From an uncultured Nitrospirota bacterium (GTDB lineage: Bacteria > CG2-30-53-67): a stretch of DNA of 64,000 nt. A program made the translations under genes and the position numbers. Below are positions 54,612 to 64,000 of this stretch, piece after piece. The stretch lies in assembly GCA_947259355.1 (NCBI GenBank), contig CAMYMF010000005.1:43654-107653 (forward strand). The letters run 5' to 3'. The notes below the pieces were generated by a model that did no database searches, was not told the DNA's origin, and saw only the letters and a program-made list of their open reading frames with translations. Position 1 is the first letter of the stretch, and each line of letters begins with the position of its first letter.

Positions 54612-57263
54612 ATGGGAGGAATCATGCTGACTCGAATCTTGCTCCTGAGCTTTGTTTTACTCGGATCTGCCCTTGCGGGGGCCAAGGAGATTGTACCCCC
54701 CCAGGAAACTCAATACGACTTGCAGGTCTTCTTCGACCTTGCCCAATCCAAGCTGATGGGCCGTGCCTCCCTGCCGATCGCTGCAGACGGTCCAGCGGTC
54801 TTCAGGACCGGTCTACTGCGGATCAACACCGTCCAGTTGGACGGTGAGCCCATCCCCTTCGCAAGCGACGCCGGCAGACTCACCGTCCGCGCTGCCGACG
54901 GCGGAGCGCTCGCGATCTTCTACGAGGCCGTGTTTGAGCCGGAGCAGCGTGCCCATGCCGCGCACGCGCTGCCCCCGCCAGACAGCATTACAACGCAGGA
55001 AATCCGGCTGACCGGCATCTGGTATCCGCAATTGTCTCATCCTGCGACGTACCGTCTCACCGCCCAACTCCCCATAGATTATGAAGCCGTCTCCGAAGGA
55101 GAGCACGCCGAACGACACCGCCGGGGCGCCGTCGCCGACTTCGTCTTTTCGTCCTCCCATCCGACAGACCACATCACCCTGATCGCATCGAATCGTTATA
55201 CTGTTCTGAGGGAGCAGGTCGATGGTCTGGAGCTAATGGGCTACTTCTTTCGGGAACATGAACAGCATGGCCGCAACTCGCTCGCCATCGCACGGGAGGC
55301 GATCGGCCACTACGAGCGGCGATTGACCCTGTTCCCCCATCGGCGCTTATCCATAGTGGAGGTGAGTCGTGGCGGCATTGATTCCCGCCCTCGCCGCATT
55401 GCGCTGGGCCCGAATCAGTTGCTGCCGTCGACAGAGGCTCGCGCGGCGCTTGGACGCGCCATCGTTCGCCAGTGGTTCGGCCATCTTGTTTACGCGGCCC
55501 CATCAGAGAGCAACTGGAGCGAAGGATTGGCGACCTATCTGGCCGACCATTACGGGCTGGAACGAGACCGTCCCAACTGGGAAGCTCGCAGAGCCTACCT
55601 CTACGACCTGAGCCCCGACGAGGACCACGGGGTGGCGGTCCCGCCGCATCAGCTGTCAACAAGCCCAGACACCACGGCAGCCCTTCGGTTGCGTGCGCGG
55701 GGGGCCATGGTCTTTCACATGTTGACGGGGCTTCTTGGAGAAGAGCCCTTCTTCGTTTCTTTGCGGGATCTCATCGCGTGGAAGGCCAACAGGCCGACGT
55801 CGTGGGAGGATCTGCAGCGGGTGTTCGACCGCCATGGGGAGCACGATCTGAGCCGGTTTTTCGATCAGTGGGTCCGCCGCGGAGGCGTGCCCGAACTGGA
55901 GGTGTCCAACGGCGCAGTACGCTGGGACCAAGAGCGCTTTGATGTTCGATTCGATGTATCACAGAAGGGTGAGGTGTTCTCCTTTGCCCTGCCGGTGAGG
56001 GTTCGCGCCGTGGACGGCAGAGAGGAAACACAGCAGATCCTGGTTGACCGTGAGACCCAGAAAATCGCGGTAACCGTCGACCAGGAGCCTGCCACGCTCA
56101 TCGTCGATCCCGACTACGATCTTCTCCGCCGGCTCACCGAGGCGGAACGGCTTGCCAGTGAGACGGGGACGAAACAAGGTGGTGCTGCTGCAGGCGGGGC
56201 GCGCGGCCTCACGCTGGTGCTCCGGGGAACCGACACCCCCGCCGTCGATCTTTCCGGTCTTCGTTCCCTCTCAGAAGTCATTGCCGCGGCCGCTGGAAAG
56301 AAGATTGTCTACGTGGGGGAACAACACGATCAATTTGCCCATCACCGGGTTCAATTGCAGGTGGCGGAGGGCCTCTATCGGCGCCATCCCAAACTGGCCA
56401 TCGGCATGGAGATGTTCCAAAGACCCTCGCAACAAGCTTTGGACGACTATGTCGCCGGGTTGACAACGGAAAAGGAATTTCTCAAGGCATCGGAGTATTT
56501 TGACCGGTGGGGAATGAATTACAACCTCTACAAGCCGATTCTTGATTTTGCAAGAAAGCACAGACTCCCCGTGGTCGCCCTGAACACGCCCCGGGAACTC
56601 ACGCGGAAGGTGGGCCGGCAAGGGCTGGCGGCACTGACCGACGAGGAAAAGAAACGGATCCCGCAGGAGCTTGACTTCTCCGACAACGCATATCGGGCGC
56701 GTCTTAAAACCGTGTTCGATCGCCATCAACAGGGCAGCGGCAACTTCGAGTACTTTCACCAGGCCCAGATCCTATGGGACGAGACCATGGCCGAAGGGAT
56801 TGACCGGTTTCTCCGCAGCAACCCCGACCACCAGATGCTGATCGTCGTCGGCGGCGGACACCTGACCTTCGGTTCCGGGATTCCCAGCCGGGCTTTTCGA
56901 AGAAACGGTTACGATTATGCTGTCATTCTCAATGACACGGATGTGGAGCCCGGTATTGCGGACTACATCGTATATCCCTCACCGATGCAGACCGTCTCGG
57001 CACCCAAACTCATGGTCATGCTCTCAGAAGAGGGAGACACAGTGCGGATCAGCGGTTTTCCGGAGGACAGCGTTTCACGGGATGCAGGCTTGCGCGTCGG
57101 GGATCTTCTGACAGCGCTTGACAATGTCCCCGTCACGAGTGTTGCGGATATCAAGATTGCCCTGTTTTACAAGAATCCCGAGGAGACGGTGCGGGTGAGG
57201 GTCCAACGAAAGCGGTTTCTCGGAACGTCGCGGACCGTTGAGTTTGATGTGACGCTTCGATAG
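54612..57263 (+). CDS. secreted fusion protein: M1 peptidase-like domain lacking HExxH + ChaN (haem-binding/Tiki superfamily) domain + C-terminal PDZ
   Basis: Signal peptide MGGIMLTRILLLSFVLLGSALAG. The M1-like block is GRAIVRQWFGHLVY...NWSEGLATY. The ChaN block is VYVGEQHDQFAHHRVQL...VVGGGHLTFGSGIPSR. The PDZ block is LRVGDLLTALDNVPV. Confidence 0.65.
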   Translation: MGGIMLTRILLLSFVLLGSALAGAKEIVPPQETQYDLQVFFDLAQSKLMGRASLPIAADGPAVFRTGLLRINTVQLDGEPIPFASDAGRLTVRAADGGALAIFYEAVFEPEQRAHAAHALPPPDSITTQEIRLTGIWYPQLSHPATYRLTAQLPIDYEAVSEGEHAERHRRGAVADFVFSSSHPTDHITLIASNRYTVLREQVDGLELMGYFFREHEQHGRNSLAIAREAIGHYERRLTLFPHRRLSIVEVSRGGIDSRPRRIALGPNQLLPSTEARAALGRAIVRQWFGHLVYAAPSESNWSEGLATYLADHYGLERDRPNWEARRAYLYDLSPDEDHGVAVPPHQLSTSPDTTAALRLRARGAMVFHMLTGLLGEEPFFVSLRDLIAWKANRPTSWEDLQRVFDRHGEHDLSRFFDQWVRRGGVPELEVSNGAVRWDQERFDVRFDVSQKGEVFSFALPVRVRAVDGREETQQILVDRETQKIAVTVDQEPATLIVDPDYDLLRRLTEAERLASETGTKQGGAAAGGARGLTLVLRGTDTPAVDLSGLRSLSEVIAAAAGKKIVYVGEQHDQFAHHRVQLQVAEGLYRRHPKLAIGMEMFQRPSQQALDDYVAGLTTEKEFLKASEYFDRWGMNYNLYKPILDFARKHRLPVVALNTPRELTRKVGRQGLAALTDEEKKRIPQELDFSDNAYRARLKTVFDRHQQGSGNFEYFHQAQILWDETMAEGIDRFLRSNPDHQMLIVVGGGHLTFGSGIPSRAFRRNGYDYAVILNDTDVEPGIADYIVYPSPMQTVSAPKLMVMLSEEGDTVRISGFPEDSVSRDAGLRVGDLLTALDNVPVTSVADIKIALFYKNPEETVRVRVQRKRFLGTSRTVEFDVTLR

Positions 57264-57274
57264 GTCGATCAGTC

Positions 57275-57541
57275 CTAGATAAATTCGAACGCGATACCCC
57301 CGGTGTCCGCTCGGACGACGCGGGCCCGTAAAAGGGGCGCCTTTCGCCCCTGAACGGTGCCGTTCAGTTGCAGCGCCATCTCCGTCCCCCGGGGGGGGAG
57401 CCGCTGGAAACGCACCTCGATATAGGTGCCGCGGTTACTGAAGTCGCGGGTCCGTCCCAGCTGCGTTCCTTCGCCCGGCCACGTAACCCTGATTTCCAGG
57501 CGTTCCCGGGCGCGTTCGTATGTGCGTCGCTCAACCATCAA
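57275..57541 (-). CDS. single-domain PilZ (c-di-GMP-binding) protein
   Basis: 88 aa with ERRTYER (RxxxR) and DFSNRG (D/NxSxxG) motifs. Confidence 0.75.
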   Translation of the reverse strand: MMVERRTYERARERLEIRVTWPGEGTQLGRTRDFSNRGTYIEVRFQRLPPRGTEMALQLNGTVQGRKAPLLRARVVRADTGGIAFEFI

Positions 57542-57796
57542 ACCTCAGGGGAGAGTGTCTGCAGAGCCATCGCCAGGAAAGCTAACACCCCTACCGGTGT
57601 CTGTCAAGACAGGCCTCTGCCACGGGTCGTCCGGCAGATCCACGGGGCGAAAAGGTCGGCGGGATTGGGAGGGCCCCTTGATAGCGCCCCTCCCATGCAC
57701 CATGGGGGATGCGCTTGTAAATTACCGGGTTGAAGATAAAATTCCGGCGTCACGGCCGACAACGACACAGCTGGCGGGGCATAAGGAACACCGCCG

Positions 57797-58345
57797 ATGA
57801 ATCTGCCCAATTTGCTCACGGCCATACGCATTGCGCTGGTGCCGGTCTTCGCCACCCTGCTGCTGAGCGGACGCATTGGCTGGGCCCTCTGTGTCTTTTT
57901 GCTGGCGGGCATCACTGACGTCATTGACGGATACGTTGCCCGGGTCTACCACCTAGAGACACGACTAGGCGCCATACTTGATCCGTTGGCGGACAAAGTG
58001 TTGCTTATTACAGCCTACCTCCTCCTGGCCGCACTGACTCGGGTGCCACTCTGGCTGACAGTTGCCGTCGTTGCCCGGGATCTGGTTCTGCTGCTGGGCA
58101 TGGGCTTCATGTACTGGTTTTCCGGGCATCTCCATTTTTCCCCCTCCCTGGCGGGAAAGGCCACAACGGCCCTGCAGCTGATCACCGTTGCGGCAACTCT
58201 TCTGAGCAATTATGTGGACCCCGTCACGCACCTTCTGGGGCTCCTCTATGCACTGACAATGGCACTGACCATTCTGTCCGGTATACGGTATCTCTATGAC
58301 GGCCTCGGGCAGCTTTCAGCGTCGCCGATGGACAAACAGGACTGA
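57797..58345 (+). CDS. pgsA: CDP-diacylglycerol--glycerol-3-phosphate 3-phosphatidyltransferase
   Basis: MNLPNLLTAIRIALVP...GITDVIDGYVARVYHLETRLGAILDPLADK (CDP-alcohol phosphatidyltransferase motif). Confidence 0.88.
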   Translation: MNLPNLLTAIRIALVPVFATLLLSGRIGWALCVFLLAGITDVIDGYVARVYHLETRLGAILDPLADKVLLITAYLLLAALTRVPLWLTVAVVARDLVLLLGMGFMYWFSGHLHFSPSLAGKATTALQLITVAATLLSNYVDPVTHLLGLLYALTMALTILSGIRYLYDGLGQLSASPMDKQD

Positions 58346-58560
58346 CGGGGAGAGCCGCGAAAAGGCGGCACGCATATGACGATCCGGCCCGTCCATGGGG
58401 CGCAGATTTCTCGCACGGCGCCCCTGGAGAAAGGCCGTGGAGGCCTTTGGAAACACCGGTAAGCGGCAGGCATGCCGGATAGGAAAAAACAAACTTCGGG
58501 AGCGCTCAAATGCCCTGTATTGCATGAAAAATCCTGATTTCAGGCTTCAACAATTCATCT

Positions 58561-58590
58561 TGACAATTTTGGTCACCGTCCCGTAGAATT
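58561..58590 (+). promoter_or_regulatory. strong sigma-70 promoter upstream of pilB
   Basis: TTGACA (58561-58566), 18-nt spacer, TAGAAT (58585-58590). Confidence 0.55.
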
Positions 58591-58656
58591 TTACTAAGTA
58601 GACGGAATCAGATTCTCGATCCACCTTAACCAATTTTTCCCCCAGGAGTTGCAACA

Positions 58657-60357
58657 ATGGCAGGTAGACTGGGCTCGCTCTTGGTGGCCGCTAATTTGAT
58701 CAGCGACCAGCAGCTCCAGCAGGCCCTTGCGAAGCAGAAAACCGAAGGCGGGCGGCTGGGCAGCAACCTCGTCAACATGGGCTTCATTCAGGAAGACCGT
58801 CTCATCTCGTTTCTCAGTCAGCAGTACGGCATCCCTTCTGTCGACGTGGCCAACTTCGAGATCGACCCGGAAGTGACCCGTTTGATCCCATCGGAAGTAG
58901 CGCAGAAGTACATGATCATCCCCATCAACCGCACGGGATCGACGCTGACCATTGCCATGGTGGACCCCTCCAACGTATTTGCCATCGATGACGTCAAGTT
59001 CATGACCGGCTACAACGTGGAGCCCGTGGTGGCCTCCGAGGGATCCATCAAGGATGGCATCGACAAGTACTATGACTCTGCGGACATGCTGCAAACCGTC
59101 ATGCAGGATATCCAAGAAGAGATCAACATCGACATCATCGAGGAGGAGTTTGAGGAGGATGTCAACCTCGGCGACATCAAGCAGGCCGTCGAAGACGCAC
59201 CAGTCGTCAAACTGGTGAATCTTATTCTGGCAGAGGCGATCAAGAAAGAGGCCAGCGACGTCCATATCGAGCCTTACGAAAAGGAATTCCGGGTACGCTA
59301 CCGTATCGACGGGGTCCTCTACGAAGTGATGGCCCCCCCCAAGCGCCTCAAAGACGCCTTGACATCCCGGCTGAAGATCATGGCCGAGCTGGATATTGCC
59401 GAACGAAGACTGCCACAGGACGGACGCATCAAACTGAAAATGAAAGGCAAAGAAGTGGACCTTCGCGTTTCGACACTGCCGACACTCTTCGGTGAGAAAG
59501 TCGTGATGCGTATACTCGACCGCAGCAATCTGATGCTCGATATGACCAAGCTCGGCTTTGAGCCGGATGCCCTCAAGAAGCTCAAAGATGCCGTTTTCTC
59601 CCCATACGGCATGGTACTGGTAACAGGGCCGACGGGAAGTGGAAAATCCACCACCCTCTATTCCGCCCTGGGTCAAATCAACAATCCCGACATCAATATT
59701 ATGACGGCGGAAGACCCGGTGGAGTACAACATTTTTGGCATCAACCAGGTCCAGATGAAAGAGGAGATCGGACTCAACTTTGCAGCGGCCCTTCGATCCT
59801 TTCTCCGTCAGGATCCGGATGTGGTCATGGTGGGGGAAATCCGGGACTACGAAACGGCGGAAATCGCCGTGAAGGCAGCCCTCACCGGCCATCTCGTGCT
59901 CAGCACCCTGCATACCAATGATGCCCCCAGCACCGTCAACCGTCTGCTCAATATGGGCATCGAACCCTTCTTGGTAGCCTCGTCGGTCATCTTAATCATG
60001 GCCCAGCGACTGGCCAGGCGTATCTGCCCGGAGTGCAAGCAGCAGATGGAGATACCGGAGAAGACATTGATCGACATCGGCCTGACGCCGAAAGAGGCTT
60101 CAGAGATCACCTGCTACCATGGGACGGGCTGCGCCAGCTGCAGCGACACCGGTTATAAGGGAAGGCTGGGCCTTTATGAAGTCATGACCGTCGATGAAAC
60201 GATTCGGCAAATGGTTCTGGAGGGCGCCTCAGCAGCCGAAATCAAAGAACAGGCGATCAAGAATGGGATGCAGTCCCTTCGCATGGCCGCACTGAATAAA
60301 CTGAAGGCCGGCGAAACGACGCTGGATGAAGTGCTTCGCGTCACCTTCGGAGACTGA
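58657..60357 (+). CDS. pilB: type IV pilus assembly ATPase PilB
   Basis: 566 aa with an N-terminal T2SSE_N domain (LISDQQLQQALAKQK...GFIQEDRLISFL), Walker A GPTGSGKSTT, and the tetra-Cys motif CPECK...CASC. Confidence 0.93.
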   Translation: MAGRLGSLLVAANLISDQQLQQALAKQKTEGGRLGSNLVNMGFIQEDRLISFLSQQYGIPSVDVANFEIDPEVTRLIPSEVAQKYMIIPINRTGSTLTIAMVDPSNVFAIDDVKFMTGYNVEPVVASEGSIKDGIDKYYDSADMLQTVMQDIQEEINIDIIEEEFEEDVNLGDIKQAVEDAPVVKLVNLILAEAIKKEASDVHIEPYEKEFRVRYRIDGVLYEVMAPPKRLKDALTSRLKIMAELDIAERRLPQDGRIKLKMKGKEVDLRVSTLPTLFGEKVVMRILDRSNLMLDMTKLGFEPDALKKLKDAVFSPYGMVLVTGPTGSGKSTTLYSALGQINNPDINIMTAEDPVEYNIFGINQVQMKEEIGLNFAAALRSFLRQDPDVVMVGEIRDYETAEIAVKAALTGHLVLSTLHTNDAPSTVNRLLNMGIEPFLVASSVILIMAQRLARRICPECKQQMEIPEKTLIDIGLTPKEASEITCYHGTGCASCSDTGYKGRLGLYEVMTVDETIRQMVLEGASAAEIKEQAIKNGMQSLRMAALNKLKAGETTLDEVLRVTFGD

Positions 60358-60404
60358 CGCACCCGCGAACACGATTGAACTGGCGAATTGCCAAGGAGTG
60401 TGCC

Positions 60405-61529
60405 ATGGCGCTGAGCCTGCACCAGTTGTTGAAAACCATGATCGAAAAAGGTGCCTCCGACCTGCATATCACCACCGGTACGGCCCCACAGGTCCGGGTC
60501 GACGGAAAGTTGATTCCGCTGAACCTCCCCCCGCTGACGGCCGCGGAAACCAAACAGCTCTGCTACAGTGTTCTCACCGATGCCCAAAAGCATCGCTTTG
60601 AAGAGTACTCCGAACTGGATGTCTCCTTTGGTGTAAAAGGACTCAGCCGGTTTCGGGCCAATTTCTTCATGCAGCGCGGTGCCATGGCCGGCGCGTTCCG
60701 TACCATTCCATACAAGATTCTCTCTTTCGAGGAATTGGGACTGCCTCCCATCGTGCAGAAATTGTGCGACAAACCGAGAGGGCTGATACTGGTCACAGGA
60801 CCGACGGGCAGCGGCAAATCGACCACCCTGGCATCCATGATCGACAAGATAAACAACGAACGGCATGAACACATCATTACCATTGAAGATCCCATCGAGT
60901 TCCTGCATCACCATCGCAAGTGTGTGGTGAATCAGCGGGAGGTGAATGCCGACACCAAATCGTTCAAGAACGCGCTCAAGTACGTTCTGCGGCAGGACCC
61001 CGATGTCGTCCTGATCGGCGAAATGCGGGACCTGGAGACCATCGAGGCGGCCCTCACCGTGTCCGAGACGGGTCACCTGGCTTTTGCAACCCTTCACACC
61101 AACTCCGCGGCCCAGACCATCAATCGGATTATCGACGTCTTCCCATCGCACCAGCAGTCGCAGGTGCGCGCGCAATTGTCCTTTGTTCTGGAGGGAGTCC
61201 TCTCGCAGCAGCTCATTGCCAAAGCAACCGGGGAGGGGCGGGCCATGGCGATCGAGGTGATGATCCCCAATGCAGCCATACGCAATCTCATCCGTGAAGA
61301 CAAGGTCCATCAGATCTACTCGGCCATGCAGACCGGGCAGGAGCAGTTCGGCATGCAGACCATGAATCAGGCTCTTTTTGAACTCTACCGGAAACGGGTC
61401 ATCACTTATGAAGACGCCATTGGACGATCCCCAGTTCCGGAAGAGATGATGAACATGCTGGCCAAAGGGGCGGACAATACCGGACAGACTGAGAGCAAGA
61501 GACTCCGGCCCTCCAAAGTCAAGTATTGA
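60405..61529 (+). CDS. pilT: type IV pilus twitching motility (retraction) ATPase PilT
   Basis: ATG 60405 follows AAGGAG: MALSLHQLLKTMIEKGASDLHITTGTAPQVRVDG...GPTGSGKSTT...AIRNLIREDK. Confidence 0.93.
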   Translation: MALSLHQLLKTMIEKGASDLHITTGTAPQVRVDGKLIPLNLPPLTAAETKQLCYSVLTDAQKHRFEEYSELDVSFGVKGLSRFRANFFMQRGAMAGAFRTIPYKILSFEELGLPPIVQKLCDKPRGLILVTGPTGSGKSTTLASMIDKINNERHEHIITIEDPIEFLHHHRKCVVNQREVNADTKSFKNALKYVLRQDPDVVLIGEMRDLETIEAALTVSETGHLAFATLHTNSAAQTINRIIDVFPSHQQSQVRAQLSFVLEGVLSQQLIAKATGEGRAMAIEVMIPNAAIRNLIREDKVHQIYSAMQTGQEQFGMQTMNQALFELYRKRVITYEDAIGRSPVPEEMMNMLAKGADNTGQTESKRLRPSKVKY

Positions 61530-61570
61530 TAGGAAGTCGTCCGTTTTTTCATTAGTACGGGAGATAAACC

Positions 61571-62782
61571 ATGGAAGTTTTTACCTATGCGGGGAAGACA
61601 AGCGCCGGCGGCACAAAAAAGGGGAACATCGAAGCCGGCTCCAGGGAGGAAGCCATGAGTCTCCTGCGACAGCAGGGGATCCGGACGACCACGCTAAAGA
61701 AGAAACCCAAAGACATCGAAATCAAGATCCCTGGATTGGGCAGTGGCGTCAAGGAGAGCGAGATCGTCATCTTCACCCGTCAGTTTGCAACCATGATCGA
61801 TGCCGGCCTCCCGCTGGTCCAATGTCTTGAAATTCTTTCGTCTCAAACGGACAACAAGGCCTTTGCCAAAATCATTGGCACCGTCAAACAAGATGTGGAA
61901 GGCGGCTCCACCTATGCGGACGCGCTGCGTAAACATCCAAAAGTGTTCAGCGACCTCTACGTCAACATGGTGGAAGCCGGCGAAGTGGGCGGTATTCTGG
62001 ACACCATTCTGAACCGCCTCGCCCTTTACATCGAAAAAGCCATCAAATTAAAGAAAAAGGTCAAGGGGGCCATGGTTTACCCGGCCACGGTGGTGAGCGT
62101 TGCGGTGATCGTCGTCGCTATCATTATGATCTACGTCATCCCGGTATTTCAGAAGATGTTCGCCGGTTTCGGCGGGACGCTGCCGGCGCCCACTCGCCTG
62201 GTGATTGCCATGAGCCAGTTTTTGAAATCAAATATTCTATACATTATCCTGGCGTTGGTTGCTTTCGTCATCGCCTTCTCGACCACCTATCGCAAGAGTG
62301 AGAAGTTCAAAAGGGGCGTGCACCGGACGCTCCTGGCCCTCCCCGTTATCGGCACCCTGATCCGGAAGGTGGCCGTTGCGAAATTCACCCGCACCCTCGG
62401 CACCCTCATCAGCAGCGGCGTTCCCATTCTGGACGGACTCGAGATTGTCGCCCGCACAGCCAACAACAAAATCATCGAAGAATCCGTCATGAGGACGCGG
62501 GAGAGCATTCGTGAGGGGAAGACCATTGCCGAGCCCCTGGCTGAAACGAAGGTGTTCCCCCCCATGGTCGTCCAGATGATAGGCGTCGGTGAGCAGACGG
62601 GCGCGCTCGATTCCATGCTCGCCAAGATTGCCGACTTCTACGACGAGGAAGTGGACAATGCGGTTGCTGCGTTGACCTCCATGCTGGAACCGCTCATGAT
62701 GGTCTTCCTCGGTGGAACGGTTGGCTTTCTCGTTGTGTCCATGTACCTGCCGGTCTTCAAAATGGCGGACATGATCAATTGA
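61571..62782 (+). CDS. pilC: type IV pilus platform protein PilC (GspF family)
   Basis: 403 aa with two T2SSF repeats (FTRQFATMIDAGLPLVQCLEIL... and FTRTLGTLISSGVPILDGLEIV...). Confidence 0.92.
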   Translation: MEVFTYAGKTSAGGTKKGNIEAGSREEAMSLLRQQGIRTTTLKKKPKDIEIKIPGLGSGVKESEIVIFTRQFATMIDAGLPLVQCLEILSSQTDNKAFAKIIGTVKQDVEGGSTYADALRKHPKVFSDLYVNMVEAGEVGGILDTILNRLALYIEKAIKLKKKVKGAMVYPATVVSVAVIVVAIIMIYVIPVFQKMFAGFGGTLPAPTRLVIAMSQFLKSNILYIILALVAFVIAFSTTYRKSEKFKRGVHRTLLALPVIGTLIRKVAVAKFTRTLGTLISSGVPILDGLEIVARTANNKIIEESVMRTRESIREGKTIAEPLAETKVFPPMVVQMIGVGEQTGALDSMLAKIADFYDEEVDNAVAALTSMLEPLMMVFLGGTVGFLVVSMYLPVFKMADMIN

Positions 62783-62866
62783 GAACAGCGCGTCTGCCAT
62801 CGGACCGAATCATCATAGGGCGTCCTCCCATGACGGCAGGCCGCAGCCTGTTCCAAACTATGCCCC

Positions 62867-64000
62867 ATGGTCGCAATCCACAGATCCCGACCGGATGACC
62901 TGACCACTCGGCTCAAATGGCTGATGCTCATGCGGGTCTTGCTGGTGACGTTCCTCTTCGGCGTCACCCTGCTCGTCGGTCTTCGCCATCCCGGCACGGA
63001 GCTGGTCTCTTCGTTCAATTCCCTCTATTTGCTGATCGGCTATGCCTATCTGCTGTCGGCCCTTTCTGCGGTTGCGTTCAGACGTCTCCGCCGGCCGGTT
63101 CCTTTCATCTACGGCCAGATCATCGGTGACATTCTTTTTATCACCGGCATTCTGGTTGTCACGGGTGGGCTTCAAAGCCCCTTTATCTTTCTGTACTTCC
63201 TCTCCATTAGTGCTCTTCTACCTGGAGCAGGGGAGCCGTGCGGTGGTGGAGGCCGAGCACTTGGCCGCCCCAGCACTATCGCAGCTGTATTATCGGGTCT
63301 TTCTCAACCTCTTCTCCTTCGTCATCATCGCTTTTCTCAGCAATCAGCTCACGGGACGCTTGAAAAAGGCCGGAGAGGCAATCCGGGAACGGGAAGACAG
63401 CATCGAAGATCTGCAGGTTCTGAACGAGAACATCGTACAGAGTGTGACCAGCGGCCTGATTACCACAGATCTTGCCGGAAGGATCACCTCGGCGAACATC
63501 TCCTCAGAGAAGATTCTCAAGATCACACGACGGGAGATCATGCAGACCACACTCGACCGCCTCTTCCCGCTGCATCAGGTCAAGGATTATCTGTCACGCG
63601 TCTCCACCAACGTCAGCGACGATGTGTTCAGCCGTTTCGAGGGCAGTCGTCTGGCCCCCATCGGGGAAGAGATGATTCTGGGCATGACCTTGTCTCTGCT
63701 TCGCAACAACCGGGGCGAGCCCGTGGGCGTTCTCTGCACATTTCAGGATCTGACCCAGATGAAGACCCTGGAAGGGGAAATGCGACGCCGGGAACAGCTG
63801 GCCATGGTGGGCGAGCTGGCCGCGGGCATTGCCCATGAGATACGCAATCCCCTGGCCTCTATGAGCGGCTCGATCCAGGTGCTGGCCTCGGAGCTGGAAC
63901 TGAAGGAGGATTCCCGCCAGTTGATGGAGATTATCCTGAAAGAAACGGATCGCTTGAACAACCTGATCGGTAATTTTCTGATGTACGCGAAACCGCGCCC
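62867..64000 (+). pseudogene. pilS: PilS-type sensor histidine kinase with an apparent frameshift near 63212-63216; 3' end beyond the window
   Basis: Frame A gives the multi-TM PilS N-domain (...ITGILVVTGGLQSPFIFLYFLSIS) and then degenerates into junk. Frame B from about 63213 reads LFYLEQGSRAVVEA...TM...RLKKAGEAIRERE...PAS-like...GELAAGIAHEIRNPLASMSG (H-box) to the window end. Confidence 0.75.

Noticed and set aside
58594-61310. 439-aa and 378-aa minus-strand ORFs (58594..59913 and 60174..61310)
   Set aside because: They are antisense to pilB and pilT, whose Walker and Asp/His-box motifs are unambiguous. The antisense translations are junk-like.

Overview
This is a 64 kb, high-GC (about 60% by eye), gene-dense chromosomal segment. 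I call about 60 protein genes, almost all core housekeeping. I found no transposase, integrase, prophage, CRISPR array, tRNA or rRNA. The gene content (ThiH-route thiamine operon, AmmeMemoRadiSam protein B, DUF4388 proteins, pilB-pilT-pilC-pilS order, sigma-54 signals) fits an anaerobic Desulfobacterota/deltaproteobacterium-like organism; that is inference only.

Main blocks:
- Cell-wall and amino-sugar genes: D-aminoacylase, Slt, nagA.
- ligA.
- pyrE-mltG-ruvX-alaS.
- A tightly coupled cca-pgpA-cinA-thpR-recA string.
- A TPP-riboswitch-controlled thi operon (thiS-like, thiH, thiG, thiE, thiC).
- Lipid genes: a DAG-kinase-like gene, plsC, pgsA, pgpA.
- ribF and rsmI.
- A type IV pilus locus (pilB, pilT, pilC, pilS) plus a second pilT paralogue.

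Observations worth follow-up:
- An unannotated ~190-nt RNA has 6S-like architecture, a consensus promoter and tandem terminators. It sits beside an AT-rich island and a sigma-54 promoter.
- The thi operon has four oddities: a first cistron that looks like a broken thiS, a ThiH carrying the HydG-type CX2CX22C motif, a U-free GA-rich 21-nt x4 tandem repeat between thiH and thiG, and a frameshifted thiG.
- pilS is also frameshifted, at a non-homopolymer site.
- A YhaM-like HD/OB gene is followed 17 nt later by a 993-aa GlnE-like protein with two nucleotidyltransferase domains and no clear function.
- A fusion protein combines an M1 peptidase-like domain that has lost HExxH with ChaN and PDZ domains.
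- A receiver domain is fused to a DHp domain with no ATPase domain.
- An 11-nt near-palindromic motif is shared upstream of both pilus ATPase loci.

I see no clear-cut novel multi-gene system such as a defence island. All family assignments come from motif recognition by eye, not from database searches.
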